From Octopus bimaculoides (taxonomy: Eukaryota): a DNA stretch of 64,000 nucleotides. A program made the position numbers and the translations under genes. Position 1 is the first letter of the stretch. Each line of letters opens with the position of its first letter. Positions 14,063-26,600 of this stretch are shown here, in pieces. The stretch lies in assembly GCF_001194135.2 (NCBI RefSeq), contig NC_068992.1, positions 28,001,195 through 28,065,194 of the forward strand, written 5' to 3'. The notes under the pieces are model-generated. The model ran no database searches, had not been told where the DNA came from, and worked only from the letters and a program-made list of their open reading frames with translations.

Positions 14063-14246
14063 TATTTTATAAGCTTAAAGCTTATAAGCAATCACTGTGT
14101 GATGACTAAAATAAATAGTCTTATAATAATGGGGTATATAAGCCATCGAGAAAAACAACTTTTTTCTGTTGATGGCTTATCTACCCCATTATTATTAGAC
14201 TATTTTCTTTAGTCATTACACTTATAAGCTTTAAGCTTATAAAATA
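14063..14246. repeat. Foldback palindrome (MITE-like)
   Basis: Perfect 26-bp outer arms plus imperfect ~52-bp inner arms. Confidence 0.85.
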
Positions 14247-14266
14247 TATATCATCATCATCATCGT

Positions 14267-14770
14267 TTTAACGTCCGTTTTCCATGCTAGCATGGGTTTG
14301 ATGGTTCGACCGGGTTCTGGGAAGCCAGGAGACTGCACCAGGCTCCAGTCTGATCTGGCAGTGTTTCTACAGCTGGATGCCCTTCCTAGTGCCAACCACT
14401 CCGTGAGTGTAGTGGGTGCTTTTTACGTGCCACCAGCACAGGAGCCAGAGGAGGCTGGCAGCGGCTACAATCGGTTGGTGCTTTTTATGTGCCACTGGCA
14501 CGGAAGCCAGTCAAGGCGGTGCTGGCATGGGCCATATTTGGATGGTGCTTTTTACATGCCACTGGCACAGGTATCACAACTACAATTTACATTTGATTTT
14601 TATTTTGATGTTGATGTACTTGACTCATTAGGTCTCCTCAAGCACAGCAAGTCGCTCTACATTCCAAGGTAAGCACAGCAGGTCGCCCTACAATCCAAGG
14701 TAAGCACAGCAGGTCGTCCTACGATCCAAGGTACTTTTGAATGGGCTGGGGCTGGATATGTGAAACACAA
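14267..14770 (-). mobile_element. 5'-truncated RTE 3' UTR with internal tandem units and (GAT)n tail
   Basis: Shares CAGCCCATT.AAAAGTACC and GAGTCAAGTA with the RTE 3' UTR at 51690-51770; contains 3 x 31-bp tandem units at 14640-14732. Confidence 0.75.
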
Positions 14771-15217
14771 TGTATGGAGGTTTAATTCACAGGTGATCTA
14801 AACAATTAGGTACGCTAGGTAAGTTCTGTAATGGATTACTAGGGCTCCAAGGTTATAGCTGAGAGGGCAGTTATGGAGCCATTGCACATTTCCCGATATA
14901 GCAGATATATAATTGTCAAAGAGTACAATAAATATCAAGGCAAGGCAAACATCACAAGTCGTATACAATATTATTATTGGAAAAAATTCAGTCTTACAGC
15001 TGTTTCTGGGATATCCCCAAGTATGGATGGGATATTCCATCATCAGAGGCAAATATATACCATTCTCATTTTCCCTATTTGTTCCTGATGACAGAATATT
15101 CCCAGAAGCAACTGTAAGACTTAGAATTTTTCCTGATAATAATATTGTACATGACCTGACATGTTTGCCTTGGTCTAACATTTGTTGTCCTCTTTATCAA
15201 TTATATATATATATATA

Positions 15218-16210
15218 NNNNNNNNNNNNNNNNNNNNNNNNNNNNNNNNNNNNNNNNNNNNNNNNNNNNNNNNNNNNNNNNNNNNNNNNNNNNNNNNNNN
15301 NNNNNNNNNNNNNNNNNNNNNNNNNNNNNNNNNNNNNNNNNNNNNNNNNNNNNNNNNNNNNNNNNNNNNNNNNNNNNNNNNNNNNNNNNNNNNNNNNNNN
15401 NNNNNNNNNNNNNNNNNNNNNNNNNNNNNNNNNNNNNNNNNNNNNNNNNNNNNNNNNNNNNNNNNNNNNNNNNNNNNNNNNNNNNNNNNNNNNNNNNNNN
15501 NNNNNNNNNNNNNNNNNNNNNNNNNNNNNNNNNNNNNNNNNNNNNNNNNNNNNNNNNNNNNNNNNNNNNNNNNNNNNNNNNNNNNNNNNNNNNNNNNNNN
15601 NNNNNNNNNNNNNNNNNNNNNNNNNNNNNNNNNNNNNNNNNNNNNNNNNNNNNNNNNNNNNNNNNNNNNNNNNNNNNNNNNNNNNNNNNNNNNNNNNNNN
15701 NNNNNNNNNNNNNNNNNNNNNNNNNNNNNNNNNNNNNNNNNNNNNNNNNNNNNNNNNNNNNNNNNNNNNNNNNNNNNNNNNNNNNNNNNNNNNNNNNNNN
15801 NNNNNNNNNNNNNNNNNNNNNNNNNNNNNNNNNNNNNNNNNNNNNNNNNNNNNNNNNNNNNNNNNNNNNNNNNNNNNNNNNNNNNNNNNNNNNNNNNNNN
15901 NNNNNNNNNNNNNNNNNNNNNNNNNNNNNNNNNNNNNNNNNNNNNNNNNNNNNNNNNNNNNNNNNNNNNNNNNNNNNNNNNNNNNNNNNNNNNNNNNNNN
16001 NNNNNNNNNNNNNNNNNNNNNNNNNNNNNNNNNNNNNNNNNNNNNNNNNNNNNNNNNNNNNNNNNNNNNNNNNNNNNNNNNNNNNNNNNNNNNNNNNNNN
16101 NNNNNNNNNNNNNNNNNNNNNNNNNNNNNNNNNNNNNNNNNNNNNNNNNNNNNNNNNNNNNNNNNNNNNNNNNNNNNNNNNNNNNNNNNNNNNNNNNNNN
16201 NNNNNNNNNN
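15218..16210. other. Assembly gap (others at 7028-7290, 10490-10640, 12326-12425, 28942-29161, 57971-58013)
   Basis: Runs of N, mostly flanked by microsatellites. Confidence 0.99.
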
Positions 16211-16211
16211 N

Positions 16212-16246
<35 letters not shown>

Positions 16247-16823
16247 CACACACATATGTGGCAGTTGAATATCATTTACATTTACGATAACATGTAAATC
16301 ACAAGTTTATCATGTGTGCAGACCCCAATTTCAGCCAATCAAAACTAATGGTTCACATGATAAGTACCAGAAAGTTCTTTCAGCAACAGCTTTAAAACAC
16401 CTGTTTTGAGTGTGAAAGGCAGAGGAAACTTGGACCCCGTTTGTTACAGACCCCTTGTGAATTCCTCTCTCAAAGCTGTTTTCACAGCTTCATACTCAAA
16501 CCACCATAATTTTCCTAATAACTGTTTTCATATCTCTATACCACCTCAGAGATGGATGAAGAAATCAATGCAGCCAAATGTTTTTGCAGTGATGTGAAAG
16601 ATCAGTTTAATCATTAATTATCTGTGAAGACCTTCAGCATCTCTAAAATACGATGTTCATATCAGATTAACTCTGTCTGTATTCCCATGAAGCCTTGAAA
16701 AAAAATGTACCAATAAATGATGTATGTAATCTGACACCATGTCTTTTTCATAACAACGTTTTATATGTGTGTGTGTGCATGTGTGTGTGTGTGTGTGTGC
16801 GTGTGTGTGTATGTATGTATGTG

Positions 16824-17134
16824 AAGGAGCATGGCTCAGTGGTTAGAGTGTCGGGTTCACAATCATGAGGTGGTGAGTTTGATTCCTTGAGCAAGAGACT
16901 TTACTTCGTGTTGCTCCAGTTCATTCATCTGTAGAAATGAGTTACGACATCACTGGTGCCAAGCTGAATCGGCTTTTGCCTTTCTCTTGGATAACATTGG
17001 TGGCATGGAGAGGGGAGGCTGGTATACATGGGCAACTGCTGGTCATCCATAAACAATGTTGCCTGGACATGGACATGTGCCTTGGAGGGTAACTATCTAG
17101 GTGTAATCCCATAGTTATTCATGACTGAAGGGGT

Positions 17135-17135
<1 letters not shown>
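16824..17135 (+). mobile_element. tRNA-derived SINE family D
   Basis: A-box TGGCTCAGTGG, GTTTGATTCC B-box-like motif, central CCTTGAGCAAG..ACTTTAC motif; related head at about 27851. Confidence 0.65.
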
Positions 17136-17165
<30 letters not shown>

Positions 17166-17246
17166 TTATAGTGTTCTAAGAATCTATTAGTCAGAAAAAA
17201 ATAGGCATCTGGAAGTTTGTCAGTACAGTGGTGTGTGCATGTGTGA

Positions 17247-17280
<34 letters not shown>

Positions 17281-17415
17281 CAGTTTTATGGCTGAGTATA
17301 TGTTATATTATTATTCTAAATTGTTGAACCTACCTGAATTTTCCTTTTAAATATAATATATATATCTAATGTATCAGGTTATCTACCTGAGCACTCCACA
17401 GCACAGTCAAAAATA

Positions 17416-17447
<32 letters not shown>

Positions 17448-17453
<6 letters not shown>

Positions 17454-18025
17454 CATGCAGGAAGTAATTAGACACCTTTAATTTTCAAAATCTTTTACTT
17501 GATATTAATTGGTTGAAGGAGAGATTTTCTGCTAGCTGCTCATCCATACTATGCAAGCTTGTGTAGATATGTAACACACGTTCTTGGACTAACTTCTAGC
17601 TGTTTTGCAATGTCAGAAGCCTTCGAACGGGGTTCGTTTTCCACAATTCTCTTCAAACAGCGAAGCTTCCTTTCCGAGGGCCCAGGTCAGCCAGTACGAG
17701 AATCTGTTGATTCTTTTCCTTGGCTTTTGGATTGCACTATAATTCTATTAACAGTAGCAAGAGGAATTTGAAGGTTTTCGGCAATTTTTCGCTGGCTAAG
17801 ATAAGCCTCAGATTGCGCAACTATATGATCTCTTTGAAAATCTGACAGTTCTGTTGAATTTTTTGTGTGTGACATGGTTACTCTTCGCAAATGTTTAATA
17901 TAATGGCACCTGCAAAGAAAAAGAAAAATTACATTGTAAATTCTACACCTCTGAAAACATACTAAGACACTTAGAGCAGAAATTTTGAAAATTAAAGGTG
18001 TCTATTTACTTCCTGCATGTTTGTG
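17448..18025 (-). mobile_element. Internally deleted Tc1-like element
   Basis: 44-bp TIRs with 2 mismatches, TA on both sides, and a Tc1-type HTH N-terminus (ELSDFQRDHIV...SQRKIAENLQIPLATVNRII). Confidence 0.85.
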
Positions 18026-19239
18026 TACATTGGTCACAGCCCTTGAAATGAAACTAGGAAGTAAAAAAAATATGTATATAATCATCATCATTTAATGTCC
18101 ATTTTCCATGCTGATATGGGTGGAATGGTTTGACAGGAGTTGTCAAGCTGTAGAGCTACACCAGGTACCAATTATCTGTTTTGACTTGGTGTCGATGGCT
18201 GGATGCCTTTCCTAACACCAACCATTTTACAGAGTGTACTGGGTACTTTTTCGTGTGGCATTGGCATAGGTGCTTTTTACGTGGTACCATACATGTATAT
18301 ATGTATACATACATATATACATACACGCATATGTACATGTGTGCGAGCCTGCATGTGTGTGTACGTCTACGTAAGATTTTGGCATATATACATAAGAATG
18401 AAAACCCAGGTTCGAAATTTCCCCAAGACCCTGATGAAGGCTGGAGGGTATATCAGCCGAAACGTTGAGTTAACAACAAACAAGATGAGGACAAATATCT
18501 GTCAAATGTAAATAATGTAAATAATGTACATAGTTGTGCTCTCACAACTTTGTTTGCTCATACTGTTCTGAAAAATGGATATTTTTAAATGGAATTCACT
18601 ATAAATACGTTTGAGAAAGTGTAGATTATGATTATATTGAAATGTGTTTTCACAGAAACTTTTCAGAGGATGGAGGAGGAGTTTTGAATAATTCAAACTC
18701 TTTGACTTTGATTCCTCCTATGTTTTGATGAAGTAGATTACAATTATGTTACAGAATATAATTCTGAGGACTAATCCAATCTTTACCTTTTAGAATTTGT
18801 TACAGGAATATTTTTTTAGAAAAGGAACTTCTCCAGACCTATGCTATACCAAACAGCTATACCATCAAATTCACCTCTGATAATTTGTTTTTTCTTCCAA
18901 TTATACTGATATCTCTGGAAAATAACATCTTATTAAAAAAAAAATAAAACAATAATCATTTAACAAATTCTAGAAGGGAAAGGGCAAAATAGTGAGTGTA
19001 CTTACACAAATGTGCCTCCCAACTGGTTTTGTTTCCTCATAATTTTCAGAAAAATGGATATCTTTTAAAGAAACTTTCTACAAATATGCTTCAGACAGTG
19101 TAGAATATGAGAATATGACAATATCGGAATTTAATGTGAAAAAAAAAGGGACCTGTACACATACATACTGATACACACAGCTCCGAACAATGGTCGTTTA
19201 CTAAACTTAAAGAAGGCCATTAATGATTCAGCGAATTTG

Positions 19240-19960
19240 ATATTAAAGGGGCTGCTCACCTCCTCTATATTCTCTCTCGCCCAGTGCACAACAAATTGTC
19301 TCAACTGATTGGAGGAGAAACATCCTCTGGCCCCTCCGGTGGGGAGCAGGAGGAAGAAGCGAGAGCTGAGTGAAAAGCTTTAACTCTGGAAATGGGGATC
19401 GGAGTGAATAAGGAGAGGTGGGGACCCGACCCACAAGGTTGCTTACATCCTGTTTTCATCTCCGACAACATCAGGAAGGCGACTGCATTCTTTCCTGCGG
19501 GTTCTGGCATTGGGATTGATAGCTTGCGACCACAGCATCCCAAAGATGGTATCTTCCTATCAGCTGATGATACTGGCTAACAGGAAGATATCAAACCCAG
19601 TTTGTTAATATGTTCTCGCTCGAAATTATCCTTCCCGACATTCGCCCTCTGTTTTATGGGGCTAAATTGTTTTGTCTTTCAAAGCCCAAAAGTGACCTCT
19701 GTCCCATAACAAGTAGGGCATACTCTGTGACGATTTATAGCGAAAGTGTGTCTGTCCTCAGTTTCAATCTGCCTGTTCACTGAATTTTCCCCTATTCAGC
19801 AAGGGATGAGTACGAAATAGGTTATGAGGCTGCTGCTCATACCACTAGAGCTTTCACCAACTTGCTTTCTGTGACCCCCAAAGGTCATCCTCAAACTAGA
19901 TCCCAGGAATGCCTTCAATCCCATCAGTCGGAATGTCCAGCTTGTGAAGACTTATTGGGG
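19240..19960 (+). mobile_element. CRE-clade (CRE/SLACS-like) non-LTR retrotransposon RT fragment, degenerate
   Basis: FPAGSGIGIDSLRPQHPKD; IRPLFYGAKLFCLSKPKSDLCPI/VGHTL*RFIAKVC; GYEAAAHTTRAF; VILKLDPRNAFNPISRN. Confidence 0.7.
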
Positions 19961-20332
19961 CAAGCGAAATCGTGATGGCACCTGTGCCCAGTGTCGCCTT
20001 TCTGGAACTTGTGCCTGCAGCATGTGTAAGGACTTTCAAGTGAGATCGTTGCCAGTGCCCCTGGACTAGCTCTTTTGCAGGTGGCACAAAAAATACACCA
20101 TTTCAAGCGTGGCCGTTGCCAGTACCGCCTGACTGGCCTTTGTGCCGGTGGCACGTAAAAGCACCCACTACACTCTCGGAGTGGTTGGCGTCAGGAAGGG
20201 CATCTAGCTGTAGAAACTCTGCCATGTCAGATTGGAGCCTGGTGTAGCCATCTGGTTTCACCAGTCCTCAGTCAAATCGTCCAACCCATGCTAGCATGGA
20301 AAGCGGACGTTAAACGATGATGATGATGATGA
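19960..20332 (+). mobile_element. RTE 3' UTR-derived repeat directly after the CRE fragment
   Basis: Same units and (GAT)n tail as 28450-28890. Confidence 0.75.
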
Positions 20333-21228
20333 TGTGCAGTAGAGGAGGATGCCCCACAGCTCTACTATTGTGCTTGGCAAGCTTATTGCGAGCCCTTCTA
20401 CCTCTCCTTTGGTGACCATCTCATCCCATTTGCTTCTGGAGTCCAACAGGGTGGCTCGCTCGTGTCGATGATAGAAACACACACACACACATCACATTAT
20501 GTACATTATGTATACATATGTGTATGCGTGTGCATGTACGTGTGTAAGGTGGTGATAGTTTTTTTTTAAATCGTTGTATACTTTGATCTTAACTAAAATG
20601 CAGGTAGCCATTAAGCTATGAAGAAAGTGTAGCTTTGAATTCTTAGCAATTTAAAACTATGCAATACGAATTTCTGCAAGAGCGAAATTACAGACCGTTC
20701 TTCGAGATTGTCATACTTTACAATTTCCGTAAGCGTGAAATCCCGTAATTTGAGGTAGCAGTAATGTGAGGGATGCCCATAATTGTTTTCTGCTTTATCA
20801 AAACATATGAGGAAACAAAGGTGAAATGCATGAAATATTCCACCCCCACCCAATTTATTTCACTTTAAAATCGTAATCTACACCGTCTGAAAGGTATCTG
20901 TAGATAATACAATTAAGAAATGCCATTTTTTCTTAAAGTTATGAGGAAAACAAAACTTCTCTCAATGTTGAAAAAACATTTTCACATTAAATACTGATAT
21001 AATCGCAATCTACACCATCTGAAAAGTATATGAAGACAATTTCGTTAAAAATACCCATTTTTCAGTAAATTATGAAGAAACAAAGTTGAAGTGGTTGAAT
21101 CATGCTTGTGCAGTTATGCCAACATTAAAAAAAAAAAATTCTTAGAACAAACGGTTTCAATAGTTTTAGCTCCAAGAAAGTTCTCGTATACTTGTATATT
21201 TTGTCTTATAAAACAGAGAAAAAATTTT

Positions 21229-21422
21229 ATATTCGAAGTTATTTAATGTTAAAAGTTGTCTATTTCGGTAATTTCAACCAATCACTGACGTCTATCCCAT
21301 TACACCGCCACAACGTCTTGTTGACAATCCACAGCAGTAATTGTTTTCACCTCAATAGACGTCAGTGATTGGTGCTATTACCGAAATACGACAATTTTAA
21401 CACGAAATAACTTTAAAAATAT
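21229..21422. repeat. Inverted repeat, ~67-bp arms, 59-nt spacer
   Basis: Exact 19-bp core ACCAATCACTGACGTCTAT / ATAGACGTCAGTGATTGGT. Confidence 0.85.
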
Positions 21423-22368
21423 AAACTTTTCTCAACAGCACTAAGAGTAAAATATGCTTTATATGACACATTCTACCAGTGTCCCAAGTTTGAAAGTGTT
21501 TCGTTCAGAAAACAAGTGGTGTCCGCCAAATCAGAAAGATCCTAAATGTTTGTTGATTTAAGAATTTGCCAGCAAAATCTTCATCTTCTAAAATGACAAT
21601 GTTCTAAAAGACGTACATTTGGATGGAAATAAAATCATTATTCCGAAATGCTATTATTAATGTTCGTTTTACTTCGAGATCCATTACTGAAAATAATTTA
21701 TTTTCTATCTTACAAAATTTCTAAAAGAAAATAAAAAATCTGTGAACAATTTTTATGTAAGAATAAAATAGCTAAAACAAACATTAGTAAGTTACAGAGC
21801 CGATGGTATAACGGGTTATCCCACATAACATGGATAGGTTGGGTTCGATGCCCATCACTCAGATACTTTTCTCTTTTTTATTTTCTACTCAAGAGCTTTT
21901 TTAACCCAATATTCTATATGCTGTTATTTATACTTTAATCTACATCGAGTACCACTGATAAAACAATTCATAAAAAAGAAAATGGAATTTTGTTGACAGA
22001 GGAGGTACCAATAAAAAGTTTTCCGACTCACATCTTAAGAAATCAGTTGGGCGCGAAGTGTCAAAAACTAAACGACGTCTGGAAATTGGCGGAAAGTACC
22101 GAATATTTTGGTCATTTACATATATACCAAACTGAACATTATACGCACACACTTTCAATTACACATATTCCTGAAATGGTTTCGGTATAGATATAGATCA
22201 TAACAATTGTCAAAAAGCATTGCATATATATTTTATATAAGACAGTCTATCATTATCTTAATCTATCTGAGGAAAAAAAATATATCTCATAAAAAATAAA
22301 ACATTCTATCTACTTTCCCCCGACATGCTTTAGTAGAAGGGAGGAGGAGAAAAATTCCGCGAAAACAG

Positions 22369-22422
22369 TATAAATATAAGAGCGGGAAATCGTCAGTGTT
22401 TGGGTGAAGCATTAGATTCTTT
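22369..22422 (+). promoter_or_regulatory. Candidate core promoter and short 5' UTR exon of the kelch gene
   Basis: TATAAAT at 22369, Inr-like TCAGT at 22393-22397, donor GTATGT at 22423 and acceptor TTTCAG ending 22523 (101-nt intron). The TATA-Inr spacing is slightly short. Confidence 0.35.
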
Positions 22423-22531
22423 GTATGTCGTTTGTTAGCCACAGGCTTTCTGTAAATTTGTCTATTTATCACTCCCTTTCTTTATTCTCGATTCATTCGA
22501 CAACATCTTTGCCTGTCTTTCAGCTGTTAAT

Positions 22532-22603
22532 ATGGGTAACAACGTCAGCCTTTCTAACGAAGGATCTCCGGTAGAGAATGATCTTAGTGTCACATGGAAG
22601 CAG
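22532..22603 (+). CDS. Kelch-repeat protein, coding exon 1 (MGNNVSLSNEGSPVENDLSVTWKQ)
   Basis: ATG at 22532, 24 codons, then CAG|GTAAGT donor (phase 0). It joins exon 2 in frame. A TTTCAG acceptor ends at 22523, just upstream. Confidence 0.85.
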
Positions 22604-22800
22604 GTAAGTTCCTCTTATCTTTGTTAGGAACGTCAGAGACTGATTTATAGATGAATAGAATACGAGACTTGGTTTATGTCTCTTCTTATCTCTGTATCCG
22701 ACCGAAATCGTTTTACGTCAGCAACTACTTCGCTTTTCCTGAGACGTTCACGAAATAACTATCAGTAATTTTCTCAGATTTATTGAACTATGTCGTTTGG

Positions 22801-22844
<44 letters not shown>

Positions 22845-23654
22845 TGGTGCTAAAGCATAAAAGCACTACAACGCAACTTTTTAAGTGCTATTTTTCTTTT
22901 GACAGTTTTTTTACCAAATTGAAATAGTTTGGCTATAAAAAATCTTTGTTAACCTTAAAAGTGATATATAAATAATTTGAAATTCAAAGGTTACAAAGAC
23001 TTTCAGATTAAAAGCACGTAAAAATTAATTTTATTCTTCCTAGTATCTAAATCAGACCAAAGGAAAGTTGTCTTGTATCTCGTGTTGCTTCTCGCGTTTT
23101 ATCAGTAACTCCTATTTTATTAGCACTAATTGTTTTCCGAAACTTGATTTTATTCTTCCCATTTCTTATTTACAAAATATATGTTCAGTCAGGACTTCAA
23201 CCGTTATTTCGCCCTTTTAATTCCTCGTCACACTTTCTCCTATATAAATCAAACTATTTTTGACTCCTGTTGAAACGATTTTATTAGAATCATTAATTAA
23301 TCTTTATAAAAGTAATCAACTGAACTTCTCCATCTGTTTTCCCTTAAAAATATCTATCCTTATGTCATTTGCTATTTGCCATTTCGTATCTAACGAGTTT
23401 CCTCCTTTATTTCCCCCATACTTCATTTCCGCATATTGCTGTCTTGCACTTGTGCAAAGATAACACGTTCGAATTTTTCGAGCACTAGTGGTATCCATGA
23501 AAAGCTTGAACGAGTGAATGATTTCATATCTTTCTCAAGAGAATTAATAGAGTAAATCAACTGAAATATAAAATCAAGGAAAACACCCTAGTTACTAACT
23601 CGCTTTCTTATTTATGCAAGAAACCATTTAAATGTTTTTATATTCCAATTGAAG

Positions 23655-23796
23655 GTGAAGACCTCCAACACTTTGGATGCTTGTGAAGGCCAGTCTTTTT
23701 GCAGTCTGGGCAACAAACTGTACGTTTATGGTGGTGTAATCCAGAAAGGTGATGGAGATATTACAACCACTAATACTCTACAGTGTTTTGATACGG
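23655..23796 (+). CDS. Kelch-repeat protein, exon 2 (kelch 1: ...GNKLYVYGGV...CFDT)
   Basis: TTGAAG| acceptor, 142 nt, G|GTAAGT donor (phase 0 to 1); kelch motif YVYGG. Confidence 0.92.
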
Positions 23797-26049
23797 GTAA
23801 GTTCTTTCGCTTTTAGCCGCTCCGATAACTCTGATCAAATAATAGTCTTTTTTTTTTCAATGAAGAAAAACTTTTTCCGTGCGAATTTCGTCATGTTCCT
23901 CTTTTGTGAAATCTTACATGCATTTTCTTTTAAGATTTTAGTGCCTCCTACATGTACGCACATCATGTTCTCTTGTGCGACTTGTTCGTCTCAAGTCCTT
24001 GTATCTGATGTGGTTCACCTGAGGTCCTGCTGCTTTGTCATCTCTGCCTCTACTCTGCATTTAATCGCTTTAAACTGTCTTGCCAATTATAGTGGGTGTG
24101 TCTGGATTTTCTATTGCTTATGTGGGCCCCTTGTCATCTTTCTCCACTTCGGTGAATTTGGTAACTTTTTTTCTAAGTGTCTCTCTTAGAAAAAGTTCCT
24201 CATACTTGTAAAATTGTCGATGTGACAGAGCTGAAGATAAGTGCTCTGATGTGGTCCGTCTCCGATCAGCACTAATTGATCAGACAAATAATTAAAGGCT
24301 TTTGAGCCTTGACCATTTCGGTTTTTTAAGGGTATGTTGGACTAAATTATCCGTGAATTGAGGGAGACTTGGTTGCTATATCGTGGGTCTGGCATCCACG
24401 AAGTTTTCTATATTGATTCCTTTCTCGCAAGCGTGTAAAGATGAAATAGATTATATATTAGGCTATTACTTCTGAAAATTTTAGTTCAAATCAATAGCAT
24501 GTCTGAGGAATAATTATTTGTGCTGTATAGTTTGCCTAATTTTGAGTGTCAGGTGTTTAGATTTCTATTCTATCCACGCAAATAGGACATAACTTACCTT
24601 ACCTCTCTCCGAATTTAACTTCCTTATTCTTTAGTGAAAGTTTACGGAGATGCGTTCTTGAATGTAGACTACGATTATGTACTTGAAATTTAAAAACCGG
24701 TGATCTTAAAACCTAATTGATTCGATGACTGGATCATGATTATTGAACATCAGGTACGGTTATCCTTCCGAGATGGTATCACAAAACTGAAACTAAAGAT
24801 AGTTTTATCTATTTACTCGGCAATTTCCGTAAAAGTTTTTATTTTTTTAATTTTTTTCAGCTCACTCATAGACCGATAATTAGATGCACATTCATACATA
24901 CATACACAAAAATGCATGCATGCATAGAACAAACGTAAGTGATTCGTGAAACAAAAATGTGCGCGCGAGTGTGTTTCACTGTTGAACTCGTTCGTGGACA
25001 TGAAAGACAGTGGATTTGTATGGGTGTGCGACCGTATGTATCACTGAGCTGAAAAAGAAAAATTAAATGAAAATTTTCTTACAAAAATTGTCTAACAAAT
25101 AGGTAAAATGAATGATCACCATCTCTGAAGGATAACTTCAGGTGTTTCTTCGTTTCCAAGACCCCATGAAAGTGAAAGTTTCTTGTTAGAAGTAGTTTCA
25201 TTTTAAGTACGAATGTTGAACAGCTTTGATAGTTAAATAATTGTTTAAATGCATTCCATTAATTTAATTGGAGAGACTGAGTCCATTGATTTGAATTGTG
25301 AATAAAATTCTCTGGGCATATATCGCAGCAATCATTCTTCCATTTAGTGCTCAAAAGCTATTTTACGCTCACCATTTGGTATACTCAACAATACATGAGA
25401 TCCTTAACTTATGCAAAAGATAGTATTTCTATGATGAAATATCTGTTAAACTTGACTTTTGTGACAAACTCGGATGGTACATCTTTATAGGGAGCTTGCA
25501 TGATGCAGGTCTTCCCTAACAACCAGCACAATTGAATGAAATTAAATCCAAAATTTTCCAGAAATCAAGACAGCTGTATGAAGGATCAAGATATGGTGCC
25601 TTGCTGTATTCAGGAAGACCTGTTTGCCACAGCAGAATTGTTGCTGGTGCCACATTAAAAGCACCCAGTACATTCTATAGTGGTTAGCCTTAAGGGCATC
25701 CAGCCATAGAAACCTTGCCAGAACAGACAATGGAGCCTGGTGCAGCCCCTGGCCTTACCAGCTCCGGTCAAACTATTTAACCCATGCCAGCATGGAAAAC
25801 CAACTTGAAATAATGATGTAATTGTCTCATGTTTGTTAATTTTCTATTAACATCTGGTATTCATGGTTTGTTCACATTATGTTGTCAGAAAATATATTGT
25901 GGATCCAAATTAAATGAGAGCATCACCTGAAATGATTAAGTATCTAACTGGCACACAACTGTCAACAATTTAACTGCAGAAGTATCTAGCTAAAAGTAAA
26001 CCATTGACTTGGAGTAATCCTTTGTCAGAGTTCCTTGTTCTGTGATCTG

Positions 26050-26600
26050 GTGGTCTCTGAGGAACCTAGGAGTAGATGAATGACTTGTTAGAGCCATGCA
26101 AGCCATGTGCAGGGGTGCTATTAGGAGTTGACCATGAGTACAGCAATAAATTTAGGGTACAGGTACAACTTTTCCATGGATTAGTACCTAGTCCCCTCCT
26201 ATTTATCATTGTCCTCTCAGCTAAAACAGAAGAATTTAAGACTGGCTGCCCTATTATATGATGATGATCTTATGCATGTAGTGGAATATGTTGTAGAATT
26301 GAAGAAATTCAAGGTTTGGAAGCAAAATCTGGATTCAAAAGGCCTTAATGTTAACCTAACAAAGACCAAAGTTGTAGTTAAGAAACAGATGGGACCCTCT
26401 CTCCAGCAGGTAGATGACCTTGTGCAATATGTAGGAAAAGTGTTGTCAGGAATTCCATTTGATGTCCATAATGCAATCTATGGACACAAGAAGTGTGATA
26501 GAATCACAGGAACGTCAAGAGAAAGTAGTCTTTCATTGTGGCAGATGTGGAAGAAGAATAAATAAGGACACAGGAATTTCTCAGGTGGTTGTGGAAAGCT
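26050..26600 (+). mobile_element. RTE LINE fragment (RT motifs and PHD-like region)
   Basis: SPLLFIIVL, LLYDDDL and FKVWKQNLDSKGLNVNLTKTKV are homologous to the 52400-52800 region. Confidence 0.8.

Noticed and set aside
14640-14732. 3 x 31-bp repeats as a CRISPR array
   Set aside because: Head-to-tail tandem units with no spacers.
14913-16297. Long ORFs of 350-450 aa in the ORF track
   Set aside because: They consist of X residues from the N gap; the same applies to ORFs across the other gaps.
16550-16617. Candidate terminal exon EMDEEINAAKCFCSDVKDQFNH* with a downstream AATAAA
   Set aside because: No upstream exons or homology identified; expected by chance in AT-rich DNA.
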